Below, in pieces: positions 35,160-47,319 of a DNA stretch of 64,000 nt. This DNA comes from Pelomyxa schiedti (lineage: Eukaryota; Protista; Evosea), in assembly GCA_020536535.1 (NCBI GenBank), contig JAHLWZ010000636.1, positions 124,001-188,000 of the forward strand. Direction: 5' to 3'. A model generated the notes under the pieces. The model saw only the letters and a program-made list of their open reading frames with translations. It was not told the origin of the DNA and ran no database searches. The translations under genes were made by a program, and so were the position numbers. The first letter of the stretch is position 1; every line of letters starts with the position of its first letter.

Positions 35160-35547
35160 ACTCTCCCAGTCCAGTACCACAACCCAAACCCACACGCACC
35201 TCCTCAAAGTAAAAAATTTTTTGTTGAGATGCTTTGCTCAACGGTACTGTAGTAGGGACGAGTAACACCCTATTGTATTTTACTTCTGTGGCAAAAAATA
35301 AAACAGATGGCGCTAGGAGTGGGCCTGGTGAGCAACAGTTTGAATCGCGGCCTGGAAGAAGCTGGAAACACTGGCTCCATCCATGCAGCTCACCTTTTTT
35401 TTGCAGGAGTGTGGTGTGAGGTGGGAAATGTGGGTTTGAACAGTGTTCTAGACAGACAAACCTCGAAGTAGGAGTATTTTTTGTTCTTGTCTTATGCACT
35501 TTCGTGCGTCTTCTGCTGTAACCTGATGAGACCGATGAAGATGAGAA

Positions 35548-36558
35548 ATATCCAATGGGGAGCGCACTTCAAGACCCCCCCACCTTCGAAAAATTCGAAG
35601 TTTTAGAATGGAAATAAAGTTTTGTTGTTTAGCGGGTTAGGTTAGAAGACAGCGATCAGATTTGAGGAAATCCACGAAAAAAGCTGTGAAAAACGCAAAG
35701 TGGAGCGCCAATCAGGATCAACATTGCTCGAACCTATGGAGCCAGCTGCAGAGGATGCGTGGGTAAGTTGCTGCCTTTGTGGAGATGGAGGAGGAGGATT
35801 CTTTGCTGGCAGCACAGAGATTCCAATTAGGAGCTGTTTCTGAGCACAGTGCCACCTGATATTGCATTCCAAACCAGATGAGTAGTTCTTGTGGTTAAAT
35901 TTGGGATATTTGTGAGGATGTTAATGATCTTTTGATTTGCTGCAACTTTGGCATAATATGAAAGAGCCATCAGGTGTGCTGCCTGTGAAAATCACCTATC
36001 AAACTTTGAGGGGAGATCACACTTTTTTTTGATAAAGCACTTTAGTTTGCCATTTTCCAATTCCTTGATGGAGACACTGGGTCCATAATAAATGTGGGTG
36101 ACTAGAAGCACAGTTAGCCAGAACATGATACCCTTTGCAAATCCGTTAAGAAGAATGGCAATATATGTTGCTGGTACCCAGAGTTTTTCAGCAAGAGTTT
36201 CAATCAAATCAAGAAAAAGCTGAGATGAAGTTTGAGTGCATTGTGGTTGCACTTGGTTTGCAGGGTTTTCAGGGCATCGTGTCTTATTGTGCTCAAGAGA
36301 ACAACAGATACTACATCAACCCTTTTGGGTACGAGAACACTTAACAGGGCTGCTTGACTTCCCCCTAATATTAAATCAATAAACAACACAACTTTCAGTC
36401 ACCACTTTGTTGATGGCATCCATGGCACCCTAAGTGGTTTTTCAAAAGGAAAAAAAAAAAGAGCAGATTTCTGATAACCTCCAATCTCTGGAGGGTCAGC
36501 GCTTAGCGCACTACTCATAAGTAGGTTGGTTGTTTGAGACTGTGCAGCCATTGGATAT
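35548..36558. mobile_element. Non-autonomous TIR element (MITE-like), copy 1
   Basis: Ends ATATCCAATGG (35548) and CCATTGGATAT (36548-36558) are perfect inverted repeats. Internal blocks recur in copy 2. Confidence 0.65.
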
Positions 36559-36615
36559 GTGGCTGTGTCCCAAATCTTCCTTTCTTCAAAAAAGAAAAGG
36601 GAAGAATATGGGACA

Positions 36616-38028
36616 ATATCCAATGGGGATATTGCGCACTTCTAGACCCCCCCCACCTTCGAAAAATTCGAAGTTTTAGAATGGAAATAAAGTCTAGCTT
36701 TTCAATCCCAAACCAGACGAGTAGTTCTTGTGAAATTTCAGGGCATCATGCCTTATTGTGCTCAAGAGAACGACAGATACCACATCAACCCCTTTGGGTA
36801 TGAGAATGCTTAACAGGGCTGCCTGACTTCCCCCTAATATTAAATCAATAAACAACACAACTTTCAGTCACCACTTTTGGGGGTCAAATAACTCCAATTT
36901 CTTGGTTTTTGACACAACAATGCGACAATTTCGATTTTTTGACACAACGCTGTAGATTGTATCATTCTGCGAAATCTGTTACTAACATGTGGTCTGGAGC
37001 CAAGGTTTTAACGCTTTCGGGGTTGTTTTGGCTGAGGTGCTGTGGCAGTCTCCTTTGGAATGGGTGTCACTTGTGAAGCTGAAGGTCTGTGTTTGTGTGG
37101 CTGTTGCTGAGGAACAGCTTGTGCTTGCCTTTGAATGAAGGCACTGCTGTTTTTGTTGTTTCCATGTTTCCAGTTTTTGCAGCCCAGTCAGAGATGGCTT
37201 TCCTTTGTGCATTTGCAGATGACTTTCCTGCAATCTGTAAGTCTGTGTCAGTGAGATGCAGTGCAGCTTGTAATGTCAGCAGCAATTCAGAAAATAAATA
37301 TGACCAAAGAACAGCTGCCCTGTGCACACTTTCAGTCAATTCGTGCACAATCTTCAATCTTCTCTTTCTGTGATGCATAAAATGGTTCATTTTATGGTCT
37401 TGCTTCACCAGAGAAGAGATTACCCCTTGTGGAATTCCAATTTTCAGAAGAAAGCCTTGGTGGAGGAGGATTTGGGGTGTCAAAGATGTCGAAATGTGAA
37501 GCCAATGTTATAGTTTGGGACAATGGTGACTGTGGATGTGTGTTAGACCTCAAAACCATCATGCCACAACTTCTTATGCACTACCACATACCACAACAGT
37601 TTGCCCACAATCAAACAGGTTTTTTGTAATCAATTTAGGAGAATGATACAATCTGGTCCAGGTGCTGGAAAATTGTACTTTTTTTTTCCAGCACCCGTCT
37701 GGTTACCGCCACTTTTTGGGTTTCCTCAGTCCTAATGCCTCCTTTTTCACTGGGAACCAAGGGAAACACTGCTCACAGCTCTGTCCTACCTGCTCCCCCT
37801 GGTTCAACACGATTTTGACACCATCTGGACCAGATCCAGAATTTTCTTGTGTTTTTTGGGTAGAGTTGGTTTGACCCCCAACTTTGTTGAGGGCATCCGT
37901 GGTTTTTCAAAAGGAAAAAAAAAAAAGAGCAGATTTCTGATAACCTCCAATCTCTGGAGGGTCAACGCTTAGCGCACTACTCAAGAGTAGGTTGGTTGTT
38001 TGAGACTGTGCAGGTACCCATTGGATAT
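36616..38028. mobile_element. Non-autonomous TIR element, copy 2 (internally deleted and interrupted by a nested insertion)
   Basis: Same termini, ATATCCAATGG (36616) and CCATTGGATAT (38018-38028). Blocks 36615-36693, 36708-36732, 36736-36877 and 37881-38028 match 35547-35620, 35869-35893, 36267-36408 and about 36404-36558 in the same order. Confidence 0.7.
36878..37880. mobile_element. About 1.0-kb nested insertion with TG...CA ends, 11-bp TIR and 5-bp TSD (solo LTR or small TIR element)
   Basis: Ends TGGGGGTCAAA and TTTGACCCCCA, flanked by ACTTT at 36873-36877 and 37881-37885. The empty site ccACTTTgttga is present at about 36402-36413. Confidence 0.8.
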
Positions 38029-38090
38029 CACAGCCACCCCCTTCCTCCAGAAGCTAAAGTTCTAAATAGTAAAATCCTTTGTTCGTGGAA

Positions 38091-41000
38091 ATGCAACAAA
38101 ACGACGTCGTCGGCGACGAAGAGGCGCAACAACCGACCAGTACCACGACCAAGACCCGGTGCGATGTGTGCACGAGGTTGCTGGAGGATCCCGTGGCGCT
38201 GGACTGCGGCCACTTCCTCTGCTCCCTCTGCGCCGAGGCAGCCCTCGCCGGCGCCCTCGTGGCCTCGCGCTTCCCCTCTGCCCCGCGCGCCCCTCCGTCT
38301 CTTGGCGCACCTTGCACACCCCCTCCTCCCACTCCTCCTCTCGCTCCTGCCGCCTGTCCCCCAGGGACCACGGCCTCGGCCACCCCCGACTGCCCAGCAC
38401 CACCACCACAGGCCTCCCTGCTGCCCCTCGCCGCGGCGGCCGCTGCTACCACAACCACCACACGCAGCGAAACCCCCGCCATGGACGACGACGAGGGCCC
38501 AGTCGAGGTCCCCCTCGCGTGCCCGCACCAGGGCTGCAAAGGTGGTGCAACGGTCGTCCGCCTCCGCGTGACGGCAGGCAGCGGGGAGCCCCCGTCCCAG
38601 GGCTCATCCGACGCGCCCAACACGCCCATGCAGGCACCAGGAGGCCCCGAGGAGTCGCCCAGCCCGAGCCTGGCACTGAGCCGGGGAATGAGGCGGGACT
38701 CGGCCCTGGCCGGGAGTGTCCGCGACCACATCGCCAGGGTGCGGGCGGCGCAGTCGCCGCTGTGCGAGTTCGCCGCGTGCGCCGACGACTCGCCTTCGGG
38801 GAAGTGCGAGGACGCGACTGTGAGGTGCGAGGGGTGCCGCGGCATGTGCTACTGCAGCGCGTGCTTTGGCAGGTGGCATTCTGGCTCCTCCAAGATGAAG
38901 GCTCATAAGGTAGGAGGCTACTTGTTTCATTTGCAGCTGCGAAGAGGATTGACTGTTTTTGTAGGCAACACCAATCCCCAAAGTGAAATCTCTCAAGCAA
39001 TTTTGTGGAGAGCACCCAACAAAGGAACTTGAGCTGTACTGCGCGGAATCAAACGGTGTAATATGTTCCACGTGCCACTGGTCGTCTGACAAACATACTG
39101 GTCATAGCCACATACCCCTTCACAAGTTCGTTGAATCACAAAAGGCAAGCATGAATGGTAAGTGGTGCCACCTTACATGTCGATACTGATAGTATTATGC
39201 AATGTGTTTTTACCAAGAACGTATTGAAATATTGAAATCCCATTATGGGAAGTGCGGTGCTGCCCTTTCTGCAATTTCCTCTGCCCGAAAGCAGATCCCT
39301 GTGGCATGTTCCCCCTTCAGAGTAAAAATTTCGTGTTTGACCTTGCCATATACAATAAAAGAAAGCTGAAATGAAGATTCTAGAGCTGCACAAAAAGGTT
39401 CTCGAAATGCAAAACACAACAGGTCGGTTGAAGTCACTACTTCACTCACACAAAAATTGCTAAATGAAGAACAACAGAGACAATGTTGCACCTCCAGGAG
39501 CAGGCGCTGATTTGCCACATGACTCAACAAAGAAATCTTCTTTCGTTTTTCTCAGATTCCATGGCCAATGAGGACCATGCTGGGTTGGTGTTTGCTTCCA
39601 GGGCCATCACCAACTTTGTGGATGTATGTCTCCCCGTATCACACATCATTCTTTGACTTCTACATGAAGTGTCTTGACCAAAATTCGAAATTGCTCCTTC
39701 CACTCTCAGTACAGCCCTCTGTTCTTGACGACATCGTTTTCCTAGAGTCTGAGAGAACCACAATTCAAAGAGAATTGTGCACACTTCTCAACACTGTCTC
39801 CAACTTGAAACAGTGAGAGTGTTGTCTGTTCCAAAACTCACTAACAATACCATACCACAACAATAAACAAGGAAACCGAAGGAGGGTTATGTCCAGTGTG
39901 TTGACTGCATGGGTGACTTCAGGATTCTGTGCCAGTCTCCACCTGGAAAAAGTTCGTTGAGACTATTTGTTGATAACCCTTTGATCCCGGTGTCATTCAA
40001 GCAGACGTTTGGGGTTCATTCGCTTCCGAAACCAGACACTCTCGACTGCTCCTCAACCATTTTCTTCGACTTCACACTCCCATCTGATGTGGAGGTCAAA
40101 TTGCCAACAGACGCACAGCCTGACTTGATGGAACTGAAGGAAATTTCACCCAAGCACTTCCACCTCTGGGCCAAGCTGAAAGCAACGAACGAATTGCACG
40201 GAGTCATCAAGTTTGTGATTGGGGATGCCACAGTTCCAAAGTTTGATGTCGTTCCGGGCCATGGTGTTGTCAATCTCCCTGCGATCATCCTCCTCGGTGT
40301 TGGTGTACTACTGCCGTTCAGTTACCTTGTAGAAGAGCCTCTACTGAAACTATTTGCCGGGCTTTCTCTTCAAGCAACGGTTATCCGAGTTGGAGCATGG
40401 AACAGCTGTGCACAGCTTGTTGTGCACTCATCTTCACCCTGCAACTGGCTTTCTCCACTCGGTGTTGCTTTATTGGCATTTGGAGAAACAGCAGGAGAAG
40501 AAGAAACAGGCCTCCTTGACATGTCTGGGCCTGAGTTGGAGGAGATTGGCCTGCATGATGAGATTCAACGAAGATTGAAAGGCTTTCCACTTTCCTCCAA
40601 GTTCCGTGATTTGCCTCAACCTGCACAGATTCCTCCATCTGAGGAGACTGTGAGGCCAAACGGATCCTGTGCTTCTTCTTCTTCGTTATCGTCATCAGGA
40701 GGAAGTGGAGTCGAAAGTGAACTCCGAGAAATGTTGACTCGATCGTCAGTCTTGAAACAGTTTGTTCCCTTCCTCTCCTCCTCCTCCTCTTCTCTGTTTC
40801 AAAACTCATTTTTCCCATTTTTGTCTTCTGTTCCTTCTGTGGAATGATGTCTCTCCTCTCTCCTTTTTTCCCCGATTCTGGATGATGGTGAACAGCAAGC
40901 CACTGTGTGGAAGTTTCCAGTGCATTGACATCATGTGCGACTTCCGCCCAATATGCTCCGGTTCGCACAATGCCAATCTTCAACTGTTCGTTGACAACCC

Positions 41001-42663
41001 AATGCTGATTGCCTCTGTGAAGCAGACTTTCATGCCTCCGAGTGTCCCATCACCGGATGCCTTCTTTGAATCGTACATCTTCTTTGATGTGTCGATTCCT
41101 TCTGGGGCGTCTTCATCTTTTCTGGAAATTCCCCTTGAGCTGGAAAAGGTAATGGAGCTGAAACGCATTTCTATAACGCACTTCCTTATCTGGTGTGAAC
41201 TTTCGACTGACAAGGAGGTCTGGACTGCAGTGAAGTTCGTTTTGGGGAATCCGTTCGCTGGCATAAGCAACGGCACCGTGATTCCTGGATATGGTGTTGT
41301 AGATGTCCCCGTCATCACTCTTCTAGGTGTTTCACTACTGGTGACTGCCCTTATTCCCCAAGAGCAAGTACGCTCATACTTTGTCAAAGCTGCCCCCAAA
41401 GTGGTTGTGCACCAGGTGGCCGCCCGCCACTCGACCATTGGTCAAATAACAGTGCAGCCCCTGGTTCCTTGTGCTTTTCTCTCTCCATTTGCTACTGCTC
41501 TTTGCTCGTCAAATATCGCACCTGATATTGAAGTGATGCCTGATGGCACCCCTCTGAAAGAACTGAAGGACTTCAAATTTCCCTTGATAATGAAGGAAAA
41601 GTTCGGAGCACCCCATCAGGAAACTACAACCAATCTTGCGGAAGAAATTACCATACAATTACCACTCCAATCCGAGAGCCAACCTCATAGGAAACGATTG
41701 CTAAAAATCATTTTACTTGGTGAAAGCGGGTTTGTTTTCTCGTCCAGCCATCGTACTCTTTTCTCACCAAAGATGACAATTTTTTGCCTACAGGGTTGGG
41801 AAGACAACAATAATGACCCAGTGTGCTTGAATGAATCTTTATGGGTACTTATGTGCTCACCCATTTTCATAGATATGTTCAGCATAAAGTTTCTTCCGGG
41901 TACAAGGCCACAATAGGTGCCGATTTCCTTACGAAGGTGTGTACTGTTCTCTTTTCTAGGGTTTTTTTTTCCCGCGTTGTTTTACCACAAGTACAGGAAG
42001 TGGTGATGGTTGACGGATTTATTTCAACGGCTCAGGTATTGCCTCAATTCCCTCATGATTTTTCTGCTTGAGTTCTTACGGATATTAAGATTTGGGACAC
42101 AGCTGGGCAGGAACGATTCCAGTCACTTGGGACTGCATTTTACCGAGGTTGTTCCTTTTACGATCCAGCGGAATTTTAACCAAGCACGAAAAGGTGCGGA
42201 CTGTTGCGTTCTGGTATTCGACGTTACTTGTAAACGAACATTTGAGCAACTTGATTCCTGGTGTTCTGAATTTATTGAGAAATCAGGCAAAGACGGCACA
42301 ATCTTCCCGTTTTTTGTTGTTGGAAACAAAATTGACTCACAAAACAACAGAGAGGTTTTATTTGCTCCTTTTTCAGTACCCACACGCACGCACGCACGCA
42401 CGCACGCAACCTCCTCAAACTGAATAATTATCACACACCTATCCCATGAATCGAACATTGCACAACAGGTAACAACTGAAGAAGCGCAACAATGGTGCAC
42501 AAGGAAAGGACCAAACTTCCACTTCTTCGAGGTTTGTTTGCCCTGTTGCACCCACGAGTTGTTCGCAACCTCAACAAAAAACCAGGTGAGTGGCAAGGAC
42601 AGCACCAACATCGACGCCCTCTTCCAGAAAGCCATGGATCTCACATTCCGATCGAATGCCTGA
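38091..42663 (+). CDS. TRIM-like RING-Bbox-Bbox-coiled coil protein with two duplicated beta-rich domains and a C-terminal Rab7-like GTPase, multi-exon
   Basis: RING CDVC...[12 protein letters not shown]-box [19 protein letters not shown]...HK. B-box [25 protein letters not shown]...HTGH. GTPase [11 protein letters not shown]|VGKT...[12 protein letters not shown]|EV...Q|[20 protein letters not shown]|[10 protein letters not shown]...VVGNKID...FE|VSGK. A GT-AG path was traced through all exons. Confidence 0.8.
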
Positions 42664-42886
42664 AAGGCCACAAAGCCAAACCAAACATCTGAAAATCACC
42701 TGCTCGAGACCCACTGGGAACCATTTAAAAGATGGGGTAAATCCTGAAAAGTTTTAACCGTCATGTGTGTTTCTTAAAAAATAAACACCCTCGAACAAAA
42801 AACCAAACAAAAAAAAACAAAAAGCGGAAACAAAGAAAGCTCAAGCACCGCGACCCGTTTCGGGTGGATAGACAACAACTACATAG

Positions 42887-45527
42887 ATGGGTAAAGATCT
42901 ACGAGGGGTCGAGAGGGGCGCGTGCCGCGAAGAGGACTGCGACTGCGACGCCTACGTTCCGGACGACAACGCGAAAGCGAACAAATGCGACTACTGCGGC
43001 CACTACCCCACTCGACACGTGAATCTCTCCACGCAACCGAGATCTGCCGTCGCCTCGCAAGGTACACCCGACGCGATGGTAACCTCGCCAGCGCAGCCGC
43101 AGCAGCAAGGGGGATGCACCGCCACTAGTACCACTACTAGTAGCAGCTCTTCTGCGTTTACAGGCAGCGCGACGACTCCAGGCACCTCGGCGGCGACTTC
43201 TGCGTTTATGGGCTCCTCGGCTTCCGCGAGTTCTGCGGTTGACACGGCGGCTAAGGTGACTGCCTCTCCTATCAAAATAGACGCTCTTCCTGCTTTCTCT
43301 ATGAGTAGCTCGTGGCCTTTTGCCCCTGCTGCGGTGTCTTCCCCCATGTCGGCAAGCAATGCGGGAGTACCAGTGCAATCACAACCGCAGGCCAACACCA
43401 CCGCATCCACATCGACATCTGCATCTGCATCAGCCACCCCCACACCAATGCAGGGAGTGGTCAGCATGCCGACACCTACTCCTGTTCAGACCAGCCCTTC
43501 CCCAATCACCTCCACAACAACACCGATGCAAACGACCACAGCGGCTCAAGTACCATTCATGCAGTCCCCGTCTCCTCAAACCTCTGCATTTATGACCACT
43601 AGCCCCAGTTCGGCTTCTGCATTTATGGCACAGCCGTCTTATGCCCCCACTGGACCTGGAATGCAATCAGCTTTTATGTCGTCTCCCCCAAGTACAGCGC
43701 CACCTTCTTCAGTTCCAATTCCCTCTGCTACAATCACTACTCCATCAACTTCTCCTACAAGTCAGTGTCCAATGTGTGGGGGATACTTCCCTTGCGATAA
43801 AATTGAGGCACATGCTTCAAACTGCGATGGCACTTCGGCCCCACCTCCATCCAGCACCCCATTAGCTTCATCGACTCCAGCATGGCCCGCAGATGCCGTG
43901 GAAAAACTTGCAGAACAACTACCAAAGGACTTCCCGAAAGCAACAATCCAAGAGATGCTCAACTCTCACCCAGTTAAGGGTGATATGGATACGGTGTTGG
44001 CTATGTTATTTGCTGCTGCAGACCAAATGGCGAAAAGTGCACCACCACCAACTGGTATCCCTACCTTTTTTTTTTTGAAGAACCTTATTGTGAATAGTCG
44101 CAATGGACGAAGAAACAAGGAGAGTAGTTGATCAACTAACAACCCCTACCTTTGAATGTGGTGTTTGCCTTGAGACTTTTCCTGTCACTGGGTATGTTTT
44201 ATTGGTTGCTAAGTTAGTCCCTGAAAACTTTCAGAATGTACACAGTAGACTGTCCCAGTGCTCATCGCTACTGTTTTGATTGCATCTCCCGCTTTATCAC
44301 AATGAAAGTAAACGAAAACGCTGAACTCGTTTGCCCAGCAGCACAGAACACCTGTAAGCATATCCTTGGAGAGGGTGAACTCAAACAGGTAACTTCCACA
44401 ATAACAATTTTGCTGATCTCTCATTAGATTGCTAAAAATGATCCAGAAGGGGGAGTCACTCCAGAAATAATTAAAAAATATGAGGACCAGCAGCTTCTTC
44501 GCGGTATACAGGTATTTATTTCTTTAAATGCTAAATTATTCGTTTACAATTACTAAACAAATAGAGTATCCCGGGTGTTATTGGTTGCCCAACCCCTCAA
44601 TGTCCCAACTGGGTTGTCCCTAATGATACTCGTACGTTTCCCTCGGAGACATTTGTTGTGCTCACTTAATCCAAGGTGCAAAGGAGCGATGTGTCTGTGG
44701 TGCATGTAAGTTTAATTTCTGTTCTCTATGCAAAAAGCTTTACCACTACCATTGTTCTTGCGCTGAGGTCGTATGGGGAGGGTGGGATGTCTTGAACTCC
44801 GACTCACAAGACTGCTAAACGCAGGTTTTCATGTATGCAGAGAGGTGGGTACAGTGGTGCACGACAGGGCGCGCACGTTACAACAGGTTGATGGCATAAC
44901 CTCTTTTTCCCAAATTAATAAACTTCAAGAGGTAAATCAGAAGCACTGGCTCGAATTGCATCCCAGCGGTCTGCGATTGAAAAACGTAATACCGAGCTGA
45001 AAAAGCGCTACGAGGTTTTATTGAAACGATTTGTTTCTCACTGACCTCCTTTAGGACATGGTTGCTGATGAAAAATTCAAAGCTGAAAATGGTCGCCACT
45101 GCCCCAAGTGCAAGCGTGTCATTGTCAAGGAGGGAGGATGTGACTCAATGGTTTGTGGTCGAGATTATCACGGCGGAAATGTGCAGGTAACTACCTACTT
45201 TGCATAGCTCTCAACACTGACCACTTCCAAAACAATTAGGATGGTTGCGGGCACCACTTCAACTGGGAATCGGCCAAGCATTACACACCCGCAGCAGCCA
45301 CAACCCCCGATATCAAGCCTGTGGAAGTTGATATACCAGATATTGCCCGTGAAGTGGTGCACCAGGGAGTGTTCTGTGACAGGTGCAGGCAGGAAATTCG
45401 AGGACTACGCGTGAGTTGCCTTCACTGCCCAGCCCAAGACCTGTGTGAGAGGTGCGAAATTGAAGCAACACCCAAGCATCCACACGACCATGTGTTCAGG
45501 GTGTTTACAAGCCTCAGCGAGTACTGA
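42887..45527 (+). CDS. RBR (RING1-IBR-RING2) E3 ubiquitin ligase with N-terminal Cys-rich knuckle, UBZ-like finger, UBA/CUE-like helix bundle and C-terminal ZZ finger
   Basis: CPMCGGYFPCDKIEAHASNC (UBZ4-like), FECGVC...CPSAHRYCFDC, CPTPQC...CGACKFNFCSLC...HYHCSC, CPKCKRVIVKEGGCDSMVCG...GCGHHFNW, and FCDRC...SCLHCPAQDLCERC...HPHDH. Confidence 0.85.
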
Positions 45528-45807
45528 TACTGCACCAGCTGCCGAAACAGAGCAGAACCAACCAACCAAGATACAACCCACGAACCCACAAACCAAACCT
45601 TACTGTGTCTCTATACTGGCAACATCACTTGCTTTTCGATGAACTTCATCTACAAATTCAGCCGTTTTTGTTGCTACACAGACGAAGGATTTGTGTCCAA
45701 CCAACGGCCGTTTTCTGCACAATCGCAAACAAAAAACCCACAAAGCCAAAACCAACAGACCACAAAGACAGAGAAGACAGTTTTTCCACTGTCGTGTAGT
45801 CGGTAAA

Positions 45808-47319
45808 ATGAGGCTGTTGGTGAAGACATTGACTGGGAAAGTGCTCACTTTTGATGTGCCGTCTGTGGACACGTATTCGATTGAAGACCTCAAGTCTGAT
45901 ATCGAGGAGTCTGAGGGGATTGGGTTTGACCAAGTGAGGCTGGTGTGTGCTGCCACTTTGAAATGGTACATAATATTTCGTTTGGTTTACACCTTTGATA
46001 GGTGTATGGGGGAAAGCTATTGCAGGATGAAGCGATACTTTCTGACTATGGATTGTCGAACGATAAGGAAGCCACTTTCCACCTCGTCTCTGCTGGATTG
46101 AGGGTCAGTAACAATATAATTAATCCACACAGAAAATTAACCGTGTAAAACTGCATACAGGGAAGGCCCTCAACTCTAAAGCATCATAAGCAGTGGAGGA
46201 TTATTTTCCGAGAGGCTTACCTACCTCCCCTTGAGGATGAAAACAGAGACTGTATGCTTTTTTTTCCTTTTTTCGAAACTCAGGAATTTCTTTGATTCAT
46301 TTCTCAGTGGTCATTACCTCCTTGCAACAGTTGCTTGCAGTATGTAACGATGCCGATTGCAAGACGCTGCAAGCACAGTTGGAAGAGGTTAGAGCACAAG
46401 AAAACAATAGAACACTTCCAGACCCCGGTATTTTATTATACCTAAATGGTAATAGTAATCTCACCAAGGAGTATTTGATTTCCTTACCCCTTTGTGGAAA
46501 TCTGCTAGTGTGAATATTCTGTTTGGACTATCTGGTGCTACTCGGATGAGAACTAATACTTGCCGGCTTTCCCTGCACCTGTGGCATACCATTCTCTCCC
46601 TTGCGAAGCCAATGAAAAGTGCACTCTCATTACCACAATTTTATCCTCATACTGGACTTAGATGAGAGTGTGATAACTAAGCTCACTATGTGCTTCAAAG
46701 CAAAACTGAAGCCGATGCTTCCATGTACAACATTACACCCCATAATTTTCAGCTCAACATTTCCCCAAGCCCCCAGTAGGGAGCTTGCTGTTTCTGTATT
46801 GCCCAAGGTTATCACCTGTGCAGGAAACATTCTCACCCACTCGGCGAATTCTGTTACTTCCTTGCAGGTACAGCTCACATTTTCCAGCAATGACCCCAAA
46901 GCTCTTGCTAGTTACCAGCAACGAACCGCTTTGTTGTTCAGATACTGAGCCTTGGTTGTTACGGCACTATCGCTGTGGGAATGGGTCTACCAAACTACCC
47001 CAATAACAAAATGCCGGGATGGCTCCGGAACTCGTATGCTATCTGTTACTACAAAAAACAAACCACTAATACAACACACAGTGTAGGATTCCACGGTGAT
47101 GATGGAAATGTGTACCACAATAACGTAATAGTGGCCAGGGAGTGGCCATGGAACCCAATGGATGTGATAGTGTGTGAGAAACAGGAGCCAAACTATGTTG
47201 TGCTGAGCCTGAATGGCAAGGAAGTGACACGAGTTTCATTCCCCGCAACAAGTGAACTTATTCCAACTATTGGGTTCTCCAGCCCTCGTGAATCCGTGCT
47301 TGTGGACCTATGCACTTAA
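45808..47319 (+). CDS. Ubiquitin-like domain + helical region + SPRY domain protein
   Basis: MRLLVKTLTGKVLTFDV...IEDLKSDIEESEGIGFDQVRL|VYGGKLLQD, then IAVGMG...MPGWLRNSY...GFHGDDGNVY...MDVIVC...SLNGK...LIPTIG (RanBPM-type SPRY). Confidence 0.75.

Noticed and set aside
35230-35420. SCMDGASV on the minus strand resembling a DDE transposase motif
   Set aside because: It is short, surrounded by stops and outside the TIR-bounded element, so it is insufficient to call a transposase.
42384-42406. (GCAC)n tract, and long poly-T runs in first introns (e.g. about 3588-3609 and 30738-30761)
   Set aside because: Ordinary intronic microsatellites and polypyrimidine tracts.
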